From positions 1 through 64,000 of the IMG/VR virus record IMGVR_UViG_3300005434_000009: a DNA stretch of 64,000 nt, one strand, 5' to 3'. Shown piece after piece: positions 1 through 8,034 of the stretch. Each line of letters opens with the position of its first letter. Within the stretch, counting starts at the first letter, position 1. The position numbers and the translations under genes were made by a program. The notes beneath the pieces were generated by a model. It saw only the letters and a program-made list of their open reading frames with translations, had not been told where the DNA came from and searched no databases. Source of the DNA: a virus (taxonomy: Duplodnaviria; Caudoviricetes).

Positions 1-97
1 GGGCTTTGCCGCCGTGGCGCCAGCACACTGTTCCGCCGGGGATGGCTTTGAGGGAGCAGGGGTTGCCTTGGCGGTTCTTACCGGCGCAGGAAGCCAT
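1..97 (-). CDS. Terminase small subunit-like protein (HGG Zn-motif), N-terminal 32 aa, runs off window
   Basis: MASCAGKNRQGNPCSLKAIPGGTVCWRHGGKA with AGGAGG RBS; C..C..C..HGG pattern typical of actinophage TerS; follows late regulator. Confidence 0.55.
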   Translation of the reverse strand, partial: MASCAGKNRQGNPCSLKAIPGGTVCWRHGGKA

Positions 98-121
98 GGG
101 GTGCCTCCTGGTCCTTGGGGT

Positions 122-232
122 CTAGTCGTCTTCCGCCTGGGCGTTGCGCCACTCTTCGTAGGCCTGCCATTCGGCGAGCTCGACGTCGGTCATGTCACGC
201 TCAGTAGGCTCCGGGCGGTGAGGCTTTGGCAT
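122..232 (-). CDS. Small hypothetical protein
   Basis: 36-aa ORF MPKPHRPEP...AEDD, in track ORF 122..328. Confidence 0.4.
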   Translation of the reverse strand: MPKPHRPEPTERDMTDVELAEWQAYEEWRNAQAEDD

Positions 233-254
233 TTTCGTCGCCCTGTGTAACCGG

Positions 255-479
255 TCAGGCCGGTTGTGCCGCCTTGGAGAGCTCGGATCTGGCGTCCAAC
301 AACCGGTCCCGGTCCAGTAACAGGCCATCCATCTCGAGGACGGACACGCACGTTTCCATGCGCTTGGCCAGCTGGCGGAGGTGGACGTCCACGGAGCTCA
401 CATCACGGCACGGGTAGCGGCCGGTGACGCCCTGGACGACGTCAGAGATCGGTGGCTTACTGGGCCAGGAGATGGTCAC
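255..479 (-). CDS. Hypothetical protein
   Basis: 74-aa ORF with GGAGG RBS. Confidence 0.45.
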   Translation of the reverse strand: MTISWPSKPPISDVVQGVTGRYPCRDVSSVDVHLRQLAKRMETCVSVLEMDGLLLDRDRLLDARSELSKAAQPA

Positions 480-509
480 GACGACCTCCCTATGCTCCCC
501 CGAGGCATG

Positions 510-541
510 AAAAAGCCCGGCAGTCTCGGAAGACGCCGGGC
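510..541 (-). terminator. Intrinsic terminator after late regulator
   Basis: GCCCGGC/GCCGGGC stem (with GTCT/AGAC inner pairs) followed by TTTTT on minus strand. Confidence 0.7.
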
Positions 542-629
542 AGCTAACCTCGCGGACAGAAATTGCGAGGATGACACACAGTAGCGTTCGCCCTGATCAT
601 CCCGCAACTCCCCTCCGGTCACGGGTGTG

Positions 630-1409
630 TCACGCCGCTTCCCGGCTGCTGATTTCGTGCAGCAGCTCGATGACGTCCCCGACGCGGTACACCGGTTCTC
701 GGGGTCGGTCCGGCAGTGGAGGGTGAGCGGTCAGACGTCCCCGGTGGGCGAGCCCGCGGATCATCGAGGCGGTGAGTTGCTGTTGCAGCAGACCTGGGAG
801 GGCCCTGGACATCTCGGTGGCGGTGAGCAGCTGGTCCTCGGCTTTGGTGAGCATCCACTTGCGGCGGGTGTCGATGTTGTAGTCGCGGGCGCAGTTGCGG
901 CAGGACACGTCGGAGGCACGGGGGTGGGCGTACAGGTCGACCCCGCATTCGTCGCAGGGGCCGGCGTAGACGTGCTGGAGGGGTTTGTCGACGGTGCGGC
1001 CGGCCATGATGACGCAGTAGCCGATCTCGTCGGCGATGTCGCCGGCCATCTGGTCGTCCTGGATCTCACCGAGGAAGCACCGCAGGAACGACGCGGCTTT
1101 CACTGGATCGTGCTCGGGGGCGGGGATGCCGCGACGCTGCGCGACGTGGTCGGCCCAGGCTCGGAGCGTGTCGGTGAGGTCCCTGCGGGCCTCCATGGGG
1201 CCCAGACGTAGCGGCAGTGGGTGTTCGTCGGTGGAGCGGCCGTCGGTGTCGCCGAGGCGGTCCTGTTTAGCGATGGTGACCTGCAGGTCTTCGCAGAGCA
1301 CTGGTACGGCGTCGAGGTCCCGACGGAGGACGTCACGGCAGGTGACGCAGATGAATCCGTCGTGAGCTGGGCGGTCGCATTGGGGGGCGGCACAAACGGG
1401 GGTGGACAC
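630..1409 (-). CDS. Zn-finger/HTH DNA-binding protein, probable late-gene regulator
   Basis: N-terminal CxxxxC..CxxC, internal CxxC/CxxC, C-terminal HTH-like (MIRGLAHRGRL..YRVGDV); last early gene before packaging genes. Confidence 0.55.
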   Translation of the reverse strand: MSTPVCAAPQCDRPAHDGFICVTCRDVLRRDLDAVPVLCEDLQVTIAKQDRLGDTDGRSTDEHPLPLRLGPMEARRDLTDTLRAWADHVAQRRGIPAPEHDPVKAASFLRCFLGEIQDDQMAGDIADEIGYCVIMAGRTVDKPLQHVYAGPCDECGVDLYAHPRASDVSCRNCARDYNIDTRRKWMLTKAEDQLLTATEMSRALPGLLQQQLTASMIRGLAHRGRLTAHPPLPDRPREPVYRVGDVIELLHEISSREAA

Positions 1410-1544
1410 AATCGGCCTCCGGTCGGGAGTACTCTTCCGGGTGATCGCCTCCCGCGCGGTGATCAGGTTGGTGGAACCGCAGTAGGTGCCGGCCCCGTCG
1501 CTACGCTCCCGCTCCCCAGCGAGGCGCGACGGGGCCGGTGGCTT

Positions 1545-1643
1545 TTAGGGGTCCGACTCGTCCTCGTCGTCGTCGTCCTTGGGTGTTGAGCCACCTCCGG
1601 AGAGGAGACGGCGGATCTCACAGTCCAGTTCGTCGGAGGTCAC
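1545..1643 (-). CDS. Small acidic hypothetical protein (32 aa)
   Basis: GTGA overlap with upstream stop; MTSDELDCEIRRLLSGGG... Confidence 0.35.
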   Translation of the reverse strand: MTSDELDCEIRRLLSGGGSTPKDDDDEDESDP

Positions 1644-1864
1644 GCGGCGTCCCTTTCCACACGTAGAGCAGCGTCATGAAGAGCGATGAAAGGGCTCACG
1701 TCGGAGGTGGAGTCTGCGGTAACGGCATCCCAGCAGGTCACGTGACCTTTCCGACCGCAGGACTCACAAACCCGCTTGGGGTCAGGGAGATGGGAAGTGC
1801 CGGTGAGGCGGGCGATCAGCCGACCAAAAGATGAGATTTCTCCTTTTCTTTTCGCCCGGCTCAT
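1640..1864 (-). CDS. Hypothetical protein
   Basis: 74 aa, coupled on both sides, CxxC. Confidence 0.55.
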   Translation of the reverse strand: MSRAKRKGEISSFGRLIARLTGTSHLPDPKRVCESCGRKGHVTCWDAVTADSTSDVSPFIALHDAALRVERDAA

Positions 1865-2097
1865 GAGCCACTCCGGTTTGGCCTGGCGGTGTCGGCCATG
1901 TTCGCGGCGTCTATCAACTTCTGGGCGATCAGCGTGGCGCCGGCCGCTGTGACTGTGACCTTGCAGGTGGCTTCGGAGAACTCCAGCGCCAGGACGACGG
2001 CCGGTTCGTCTCCGGACAGGTCGACGGACACTTTCAGGCCGTCAGCGGCGGAACGGTTCTCCTCGATGATTCGAGGTTCACGCCTGGTCCAGCTCAC
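1861..2097 (-). CDS. Hypothetical protein
   Basis: 78 aa, GTGA/ATGA overlaps. Confidence 0.6.
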   Translation of the reverse strand: MSWTRREPRIIEENRSAADGLKVSVDLSGDEPAVVLALEFSEATCKVTVTAAGATLIAQKLIDAANMADTARPNRSGS

Positions 2098-2537
2098 GCC
2101 GCTTCCTCCTTGCCGTCGGGTGCTTTCCGCTCCGCCATCAGCCGCTCAGCTTTGGCTCGTTCCCACGCATCGATCTGCGCCATCCACGCAGGCTCTGGTG
2201 GGGCGTCGGAGACAAGCCGTAGGTCAGGTCCGGGTGGGGGTGGCGCGCAGCCCTGGATGGGTGGGAGTTCCGGCCCGTAGGTGGGGCCGCTGGTCTCCCG
2301 GAGCCAGCTGGCGGCGTGTTGTGGGGTGCAGAACTCGGGGTCGGGGGAGGTCGCGGGGATGGGTTGCCGGCACCAACCACACTTGTCTGCCCACTGGAAC
2401 GGCTCTGGCGGTCGATGCGTCCAGGCGGGCTCAACCGGTGCGGGGACGGTTGCGGGTGGCTCAGCGGCGGCCTGAGGGCGCACAGGGCGGGTGTTTCGCC
2501 GCCACGGCCAGCGCAGGACGGGCAGGAGGTGGATCAC
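2094..2537 (-). CDS. Pro-rich hypothetical protein with CxxC
   Basis: Start re-called at GTG overlapping the stop of the 2534..2692 ORF. Confidence 0.5.
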   Translation of the reverse strand: MIHLLPVLRWPWRRNTRPVRPQAAAEPPATVPAPVEPAWTHRPPEPFQWADKCGWCRQPIPATSPDPEFCTPQHAASWLRETSGPTYGPELPPIQGCAPPPPGPDLRLVSDAPPEPAWMAQIDAWERAKAERLMAERKAPDGKEEAA

Positions 2538-2692
2538 CGGCCCACCAGCCACATCCAGAACCCGATCAGGGCGAAGCATCCGAAGCAGATGACGACGACG
2601 CCCCACATCTCGGAGTTGTTGCTCGGATACCCCTCCGGGGTGCACGAGGTCAGGACGAGCAGTAGCGGCAGTAGCAGGACGCCCCGATTCAC
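2534..2692 (-). CDS. Small putative lipoprotein with second TM helix (52 aa)
   Basis: MNRGVLLLPLLLVLTSC (lipobox-like) then MWGVVVICFGCFALIGFWMWLVGR; GTGA overlaps at both ends; absent from ORF track. Confidence 0.55.
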   Translation of the reverse strand: MNRGVLLLPLLLVLTSCTPEGYPSNNSEMWGVVVICFGCFALIGFWMWLVGR

Positions 2693-3036
2693 GCTGCGCC
2701 TCCGACATCCCGCAGCGCGTGGTTGATGAACTTGTCCACTCGGGCCCGCTCGGCGTCGTAGTCCCTACGCAGCGTGCGGGTGTCCTCAGTGCCGCCGAAG
2801 TGTGCAGCCAGTGCTTCGAGAAGCGCCTTGGCGATGGACTCCTCCACATGCAGTTCCGGCGGTGGAGTGCTGTCGCCCGGGTCGCGCGGCTCGATGGTGG
2901 CGAAGCTGGAGTTGCCGCCGAACTCGCTCAAGTACTGGACGGTGCCGTCAGCAACCTGACGTCCGATGATGATGCTGACGTTCATGGTCACCGGGTTATA
3001 CCGGGCCAGGGCTCGCCACCCACGTGGGTCGTTCAC
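2689..3036 (-). CDS. Hypothetical protein
   Basis: 115 aa, coupled. Confidence 0.65.
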   Translation of the reverse strand: MNDPRGWRALARYNPVTMNVSIIIGRQVADGTVQYLSEFGGNSSFATIEPRDPGDSTPPPELHVEESIAKALLEALAAHFGGTEDTRTLRRDYDAERARVDKFINHALRDVGGAA

Positions 3037-3347
3037 TCGCCGACTCCCGTCTTGACAGGGATGGAGAAGAGGTTCCAGCCGTTGGACATCGCCACGGCGA
3101 GCACCGCATGCCAGGTGAACCGTTCGATGTCATGGGCCGGAGTCGAGGTCGGCGGAAACTTGGGGTCGCACGGGGTGCAGACCTGCATCCGTCGGCCCAG
3201 CCATCCGTCTCTCCACGGGGACCGCCGGAACTCATACCGGACGTTGCCGGTGAGGTCTCGGGCTTCGAGGGGACGGTCTCGGCAGACGTCCTCGTTGGGC
3301 ATCTCGATGCGCCACTCCTGTGACTCGTCCAGGATCTCCACCACCAT
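3033..3347 (-). CDS. Hypothetical protein
   Basis: MVVEILDES...; TGATG overlap. Confidence 0.6.
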   Translation of the reverse strand: MVVEILDESQEWRIEMPNEDVCRDRPLEARDLTGNVRYEFRRSPWRDGWLGRRMQVCTPCDPKFPPTSTPAHDIERFTWHAVLAVAMSNGWNLFSIPVKTGVGE

Positions 3348-3592
3348 CAGGCACTCACCTGCCCGGTCAGCAGGTCGATGTACTTCACGGCGACTCGGCA
3401 CGGGAACGAGCGGCGGAGATGGCGGACCACGGTTCCCCGGTCGTCGACACTGGCCGCCCACCCCAGGGCATCGCAGGTCGGGCAGGTGATCGGGTCCTCG
3501 TCGAGATCCCGGATCGACTGCATCTGCTGACGCCAGTCCGGAGGCAGAGGCCGGCCGTCATCGCCCGTCATGACCAGTTTCGGCTTGGCCAT
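3347..3592 (-). CDS. Hypothetical protein with CxxC
   Basis: MAKPKLVM...; TGATG overlap. Confidence 0.6.
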   Translation of the reverse strand: MAKPKLVMTGDDGRPLPPDWRQQMQSIRDLDEDPITCPTCDALGWAASVDDRGTVVRHLRRSFPCRVAVKYIDLLTGQVSA

Positions 3593-3780
3593 CAGTTCGT
3601 CCCCTCCACCACTCGGGCGGTGAGGGCAGCGACACGGAAGGCGCGGGTGGCACGCTTCGCATCGGCCTTCCGGGAGTAGCTCTGCGACGGCGAGATGATC
3701 TCCCCGTTCGCCGCCACCAGCCGGAACCGCCACCTGCCGGAAGCGTCGGGGAAGATCTCAAAACGGGCGAGCTTGGCCAT
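3592..3780 (-). CDS. YegP/DUF1508 family protein
   Basis: FEIFPDASGRWRFRLVAANGEIISPSQSYSRKADA matches DUF1508 pattern. Confidence 0.85.
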   Translation of the reverse strand: MAKLARFEIFPDASGRWRFRLVAANGEIISPSQSYSRKADAKRATRAFRVAALTARVVEGTN

Positions 3781-4097
3781 CAGGCTGCTTCTCCTCTGAT
3801 CGAACGGGCTATATCGCACTTCTCCACATGCGCCAAAGCCATCAACTCCGCGTCTAACCGGTCCCCCGATTCGCAGAACAGGACGCACTGGCACGGCAGG
3901 ACGATCACCGGGCGACCCAACGGGTGCAGACGTCTGCCTGCCGGGTGCCGGGCCATGTGCGCCAGCAACGACTCCACCTGCTTGGCCCGGATCCGTTTGT
4001 GGCGGCGGATGAGGAACCCCAACACGGCGGCGGCACCGAAGCCGGCGCACACCCAGAAGCCGAGGATGGCCAGGATGAGCAACAGGGTGGGATCCAT
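3780..4097 (-). CDS. Membrane protein
   Basis: N-terminal hydrophobic helix LLLILAILGFWVCAGFGAAAVLGFLI. Confidence 0.6.
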   Translation of the reverse strand: MDPTLLLILAILGFWVCAGFGAAAVLGFLIRRHKRIRAKQVESLLAHMARHPAGRRLHPLGRPVIVLPCQCVLFCESGDRLDAELMALAHVEKCDIARSIRGEAA

Positions 4098-4426
4098 CAG
4101 GGCGTCGCCCCCGCGATCAGGGCGCGCTTCAGATCCTCGTAGCAGCGGACCTTGTTCATCAACTGCGACCTCTCGGTGTGGCATTCGATGACGATCCCGG
4201 TCTCGATGTGGGTGACGCGGACACCCCGGCCGTAGTTCTCGTGCGCGAGCGCACCCGGCGGGTCATAGAACTCGATGCTCAGGTCTTCGGCGTACACCGT
4301 CGGCGCGGCGTTGACCGCCATCACCACCTGCTTGGCGAGCTCGGCGGTGTCCATCAGGCCCACCAGACGGTCACCGATGTACAAGGTCCGGCCGACGCTG
4401 CTACCTACGCGCCAGTGCTCGCTCAT
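4097..4426 (-). CDS. Peptide release factor (RF-1 domain 3)-like protein lacking GGQ
   Basis: EDLSIEFYDPPGALAHENYGRGVRVTHIETGIVIECHTERSQLMNK aligns by eye with RF1 [43 protein letters not shown]. Confidence 0.75.
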   Translation of the reverse strand: MSEHWRVGSSVGRTLYIGDRLVGLMDTAELAKQVVMAVNAAPTVYAEDLSIEFYDPPGALAHENYGRGVRVTHIETGIVIECHTERSQLMNKVRCYEDLKRALIAGATP

Positions 4427-4767
4427 CGCTGCCTCCGGTTCAGCCAGTCGGCCACGAACTCATACCAGTCCTCTTCAAGTCGGCTGATGTCGTCACCGGC
4501 CTCTTCCCACCACGCCCGCTCAGCCGCCCGCACGTCCTCGGCCGTGATGTGGGCCGGGGGCTGGGCGGCGGCTTCGGAGAGGACGGCGCGAGCTACGGCG
4601 ATCCAGTGATGCTGGTTGTCGCGGTCGCCGCGCCACCAGGCTTCGCTCCATGAGTCAGCGCCGTACAGAGTCCGCCTACTGGCCGCCGCTGCTGCCCGAC
4701 CAAGCGCAACTAAGGAGGGGTCGTATTCAATCCCGGTCGCTGGGTCGATCAGAGGGTGCGCGCTCAT
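4423..4767 (-). CDS. Hypothetical protein
   Basis: MSAHPLID...; ATGA overlaps. Confidence 0.6.
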   Translation of the reverse strand: MSAHPLIDPATGIEYDPSLVALGRAAAAASRRTLYGADSWSEAWWRGDRDNQHHWIAVARAVLSEAAAQPPAHITAEDVRAAERAWWEEAGDDISRLEEDWYEFVADWLNRRQR

Positions 4768-5000
4768 CGCCCCTCCCCTTCGGCGTGCCACGGGCACGGG
4801 GCGTTCGGGTCGAGTGCCGCCGCGTAGCAGCAGAAACCCAACCGTCGGGCTCGCTCCTGCACGATGTCGAGCTCGGCGTGAATGCCCCGCGCGGCCTCCG
4901 GTGCGCCCACGCCGCAGCAAGTACCGGGGGCGCACCGGGATGGGCCGTCGCACTCGGGGCACCAGCCTCGTGGTGGGCCGTCTCGCAGGTCGTCGCTCAC
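4764..5000 (-). CDS. Cys-rich hypothetical protein
   Basis: 78 aa, coupled. Confidence 0.5.
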   Translation of the reverse strand: MSDDLRDGPPRGWCPECDGPSRCAPGTCCGVGAPEAARGIHAELDIVQERARRLGFCCYAAALDPNAPCPWHAEGEGR

Positions 5001-5368
5001 GAGTTCCCCTCGTTCCGTTTCCGGTGGCTGTCCTCAGCGAGGGCCTTCCTGATCGTCGCCTCGGACGGGCGCTGGTATCCGGGCGTGCGACGGTGTAGGA
5101 CGTGGGCGATCATGCGGCCCAGCTGCGTCAGCTTCGTGTCCCCGGGCAGGCCGTCGACCGCTGGCGTCTTATCCCAGGTCTCGTCCTCGTCCCAGTAGGC
5201 GGCGATCATCCCGGCGATCTCGTCGGAGATGTCGCACGCGGCGCAGTCGCGCTCGTGGAGCAGCTCGGAACGGGGTGGGATGTCGAAGATCAGGTTCAGT
5301 AGGCGTTGCGCGGTCTCGTCGTCCGGCTCCGGCGGCGTGTAGTCCATGAGGTAGTCGTGTGCGCTCAT
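4997..5368 (-). CDS. Hypothetical protein
   Basis: MSAHDYLM...; coupled. Confidence 0.6.
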   Translation of the reverse strand: MSAHDYLMDYTPPEPDDETAQRLLNLIFDIPPRSELLHERDCAACDISDEIAGMIAAYWDEDETWDKTPAVDGLPGDTKLTQLGRMIAHVLHRRTPGYQRPSEATIRKALAEDSHRKRNEGNS

Positions 5369-5580
5369 CGCGCCTCCCACCGCCCACGAGTCGTGGAACC
5401 CGCCGTCGCGGCGTTCTCGCACATGAACCGACCGGCCCAGCAGTCGTGCTCACCGCACATGTCGCACACCTCGTCCGGGTCGCCGTTGCAGCACCCGCAG
5501 ACGGGGTCCAGGCCCAGGAACTCGCACGCGCCCCCCTGGCCGGTCCAGTTGCGGCACAGCTCCTGCTCGCAGTTCCTCAT
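5365..5580 (-). CDS. Cys-rich small protein
   Basis: MRNCEQELC...; many Cys in 71 aa. Confidence 0.55.
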   Translation of the reverse strand: MRNCEQELCRNWTGQGGACEFLGLDPVCGCCNGDPDEVCDMCGEHDCWAGRFMCENAATAGSTTRGRWEAR

Positions 5581-5861
5581 CGCCCCTCCCCTTCGAGCAG
5601 GGCCCGGATCTCCGCGACGGGCAGGATTGCCGGGAGGCGACCGCCCACGATGTGGGGGGCACGTGCCTCTGCCTCGTCGCAACGGGCCAGCACCGCCGCG
5701 ATCAGGGCGCGCTGACGGTCCAGCTCGGCGAGCACGACCTCGATGGCGAGGTGGCGTTCATCCCTGGTCCCGTCGAAGTCGCAGTCATAGGCACGGAGAA
5801 TGCGCTCCGCTCCAGCCAGTTCCGCCGCTGCCCGGTCAGGGGCGGGGCCGGGGGCGGTCAC
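5577..5861 (-). CDS. Hypothetical protein
   Basis: 94 aa, coupled. Confidence 0.55.
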   Translation of the reverse strand: MTAPGPAPDRAAAELAGAERILRAYDCDFDGTRDERHLAIEVVLAELDRQRALIAAVLARCDEAEARAPHIVGGRLPAILPVAEIRALLEGEGR

Positions 5862-6022
5862 GACTGCCCTCCAGGTCGCGGGGGTCGGCTCTGTCGTTCC
5901 ACGTACTCGCGCTGCATTCGAGCCAGCTCCTCAGCCCAATCGCACCCCGGACGGCAGGGCTCGTTCTGGCCCGCCCCGCACGAAGAGCACGGACCGCCCC
6001 ATCCTTCGTCCTGCTCAGCCAC
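5858..6022 (-). CDS. Small Cys-containing hypothetical protein
   Basis: MAEQDEGWGGPCSSCG...; overlaps upstream stop. Confidence 0.5.
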   Translation of the reverse strand: MAEQDEGWGGPCSSCGAGQNEPCRPGCDWAEELARMQREYVERQSRPPRPGGQS

Positions 6023-6311
6023 GTTCCTGCTCCTCGGTCTCGTTCTCGGCCTGCCCGCGTGCGGCAAGGCGTTTGCGGTTGCAGCAGTCGCACAGCCACT
6101 CGTCGTCCTCCACTGGACCGCCGTCGATGAACGTCAGCGGGAACGTGGCCGTTGGGGGTAGATCGGTGTAGAACGGCGCACCGCATCCCGTGCAGTTGGT
6201 GAAGCAGGTGATGCAGCAAACCCCGCCAGGGCGGAAGAACTTGAAGTGCGGCAACGAGGCGCAGTCCTTCGGGTGGGCGTCGTAGACGGCCTGGTTGTAC
6301 GGCTCAGCCAT
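6015..6311 (-). CDS. Cys-rich hypothetical protein
   Basis: MAEPYNQ...; start lies inside the junction repeat. Confidence 0.55.
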   Translation of the reverse strand: MAEPYNQAVYDAHPKDCASLPHFKFFRPGGVCCITCFTNCTGCGAPFYTDLPPTATFPLTFIDGGPVEDDEWLCDCCNRKRLAARGQAENETEEQERG

Positions 6312-6330
6312 CGGTGTTCTCCTCGTCGCG
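6296..6330. repeat. Gene-junction direct repeat copy 1 (35 bp)
   Basis: tgtacggctcagccatcggtgttctcctcgtcgcg; 34/35 identical to 6947..6981. Confidence 0.9.
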
Positions 6331-6699
6331 CGGGCCAGGGGCAGCGGCAAGCACCCTGGCGACGTCAGCGGGCCGCCACCCTTCTGGTTTCAGCACCTTG
6401 CCGTCATCGCGCAGCACCGGCTTGCCGTCTGGGAACTTCCGCATGTTCGCGGCGTGCACCTCGGCGATCACCGCGTCCAGTGGAATGCCCAGCGAGTGCG
6501 CCGACCCGTACGCCACGTAGACGACGTCGGCGAGCTCGTGCGCGATCGCCGTCCGGTCGCCATCGAGGAGCGCTTCAACCAGCTCGCGGTTCTCTTCGAG
6601 GTGCAGCTTCGCCCGCAGCTCGTTGGTCCGGCCGCCGTTGTGTCCGAACGGCTCCCCGAATGCGTTGTGGAACTCGGCAAGCATCGCGGCAATGTTCAT
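6304..6699 (-). CDS. mazG: MazG-like nucleotide pyrophosphohydrolase
   Basis: EE..EL..A......HELADVVYVAYG and EVHAANMRK..GK..LR.DGKVLKPEGW motifs. Confidence 0.85.
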   Translation of the reverse strand: MNIAAMLAEFHNAFGEPFGHNGGRTNELRAKLHLEENRELVEALLDGDRTAIAHELADVVYVAYGSAHSLGIPLDAVIAEVHAANMRKFPDGKPVLRDDGKVLKPEGWRPADVARVLAAAPGPRDEENTDG

Positions 6700-6962
6700 C
6701 GGTTGAACTCCGGCGGGTAGTACATCTGGTCCGGCTCGGAAAACCCCGGCTGAGCCTCCGGGTCGCTGGGGCGGGCGTAGATCGTGCACTGACTCGAGGT
6801 GTCGTGCAGCGAGACGGTCCACCAGTGGTCGGACTCGTTCACCTCGGACCATGGCGGGGCGGAAGCCCGGACGTACCGCTCGCCGCGCCGGATCGGAGTA
6901 CCGCAGCCCCAGCCGCACTCGTGTTCCTTGCGGGCGATCCGCACGGTGTACGGCTCACCCAT
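6696..6962 (-). CDS. Zn-binding hypothetical protein
   Basis: MGEPYTVRIARKEHECGWGC..I..GERY. Confidence 0.6.
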   Translation of the reverse strand: MGEPYTVRIARKEHECGWGCGTPIRRGERYVRASAPPWSEVNESDHWWTVSLHDTSSQCTIYARPSDPEAQPGFSEPDQMYYPPEFNR

Positions 6963-6981
6963 CGGTGTTCTCCTCGTCGCG
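6947..6981. repeat. Gene-junction direct repeat copy 2 (35 bp)
   Basis: tgtacggctcacccatcggtgttctcctcgtcgcg. Confidence 0.9.
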
Positions 6982-7134
6982 TGCACCAGGGGCGGGGGTT
7001 TCGCGCCCCTCGGCGATGAGCGGTTCGACGGCCGCACGGAACTCCTCGATCTGCATCACGCTGGCCATCAGCCCACAGCGCAGGCGGTCGAAGATGGGCT
7101 GAAACAGCCGGTCAGCTTCCGGGCTACTGCTCAT
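6955..7134 (-). CDS. Hypothetical protein (59 aa)
   Basis: MSSSPEADRLF...RDEENTDG; same C-terminus as MazG; not in track. Confidence 0.55.
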   Translation of the reverse strand: MSSSPEADRLFQPIFDRLRCGLMASVMQIEEFRAAVEPLIAEGRETPAPGARDEENTDG

Positions 7135-7615
7135 CGGAGCCCCCGCTCTGCCCCCGGTCGGCGAGCCGCTGCTGGGCGGCCGACACCAGAGCTAGGGCCT
7201 TACTCAGGCCGTGAGCCACGGCTGTTTCGGAGTACTCGTCCGCGAGCGCCGTCATCTGCTCCTGCAGCCTGGCCAGGACCGTGGCCGCGTCGTCAGCTGG
7301 GACGGGAGGCTGGGCGGCGCAGGCCGGACACGGATAGACGTGGTGCAGATCCGACTCAGGCTCGTGCGCGGTGAACAGCGGCTTGCCCCGCCGCGCTGTC
7401 CAGATCTCGTGCAGCGCGACGCCGCCGAGTCCGAGACAGAGCCAGCACGGCTCCCCGCTCTCGGCCTTCCCCTCGGTTACACCCGAGGAAGGGGTGGCGG
7501 GACGATCTACGCCCTCCCATTGACACGCGGAGGGCATGCACAGGTTGTCGTCGCCGTAGGTGTTCCCGCAGCCGGGGCACATGTTGTCGTTCTTGCCGAG
7601 AACGTTCTCGCTCAT
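7124..7615 (-). CDS. Cys-rich hypothetical protein
   Basis: MSENVLGK...; several CxxC. Confidence 0.55.
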   Translation of the reverse strand: MSENVLGKNDNMCPGCGNTYGDDNLCMPSACQWEGVDRPATPSSGVTEGKAESGEPCWLCLGLGGVALHEIWTARRGKPLFTAHEPESDLHHVYPCPACAAQPPVPADDAATVLARLQEQMTALADEYSETAVAHGLSKALALVSAAQQRLADRGQSGGSDEQ

Positions 7616-8034
7616 AGGTCGTACCTCACATCGTGGCCGCACCCAGTTCGGGCGCAGCAGGTGACGTAGGAGTCGTTCGGCAGTAGGAGCCACGGTGTCC
7701 AGACGTGGTTGCCCATCGCGCACTGCTGCTGGGCGGCCAGGCGGGTCGTCATCTCGATGACTCCCGGCTCCGGCTCAGGGGTGTCGGGAACCCACCTGAC
7801 AGCCTCGAGCACCTCGTGGACGACGAAGTTGTAGAACTCGCTCGAGGCGCTGGGGGCGACGTCACCCTTGCCGTTCAGGGCGCGGTTCACGGCGTCGAAC
7901 GCCCTCCGCAGCTGGTTGCGGGACACATCCTTCAGCGCGTGGTCTCTACGGGCACGGGACAGCTGGAGGTATTCCTCCTGGAGTTGCCTGTGCTCCGCCC
8001 GGAGTGCGTCCAGGTCAGCGACTGGACCGCTCAC
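7612..8034 (-). CDS. Hypothetical protein
   Basis: 140 aa, coupled. Confidence 0.6.
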   Translation of the reverse strand: MSGPVADLDALRAEHRQLQEEYLQLSRARRDHALKDVSRNQLRRAFDAVNRALNGKGDVAPSASSEFYNFVVHEVLEAVRWVPDTPEPEPGVIEMTTRLAAQQQCAMGNHVWTPWLLLPNDSYVTCCARTGCGHDVRYDL

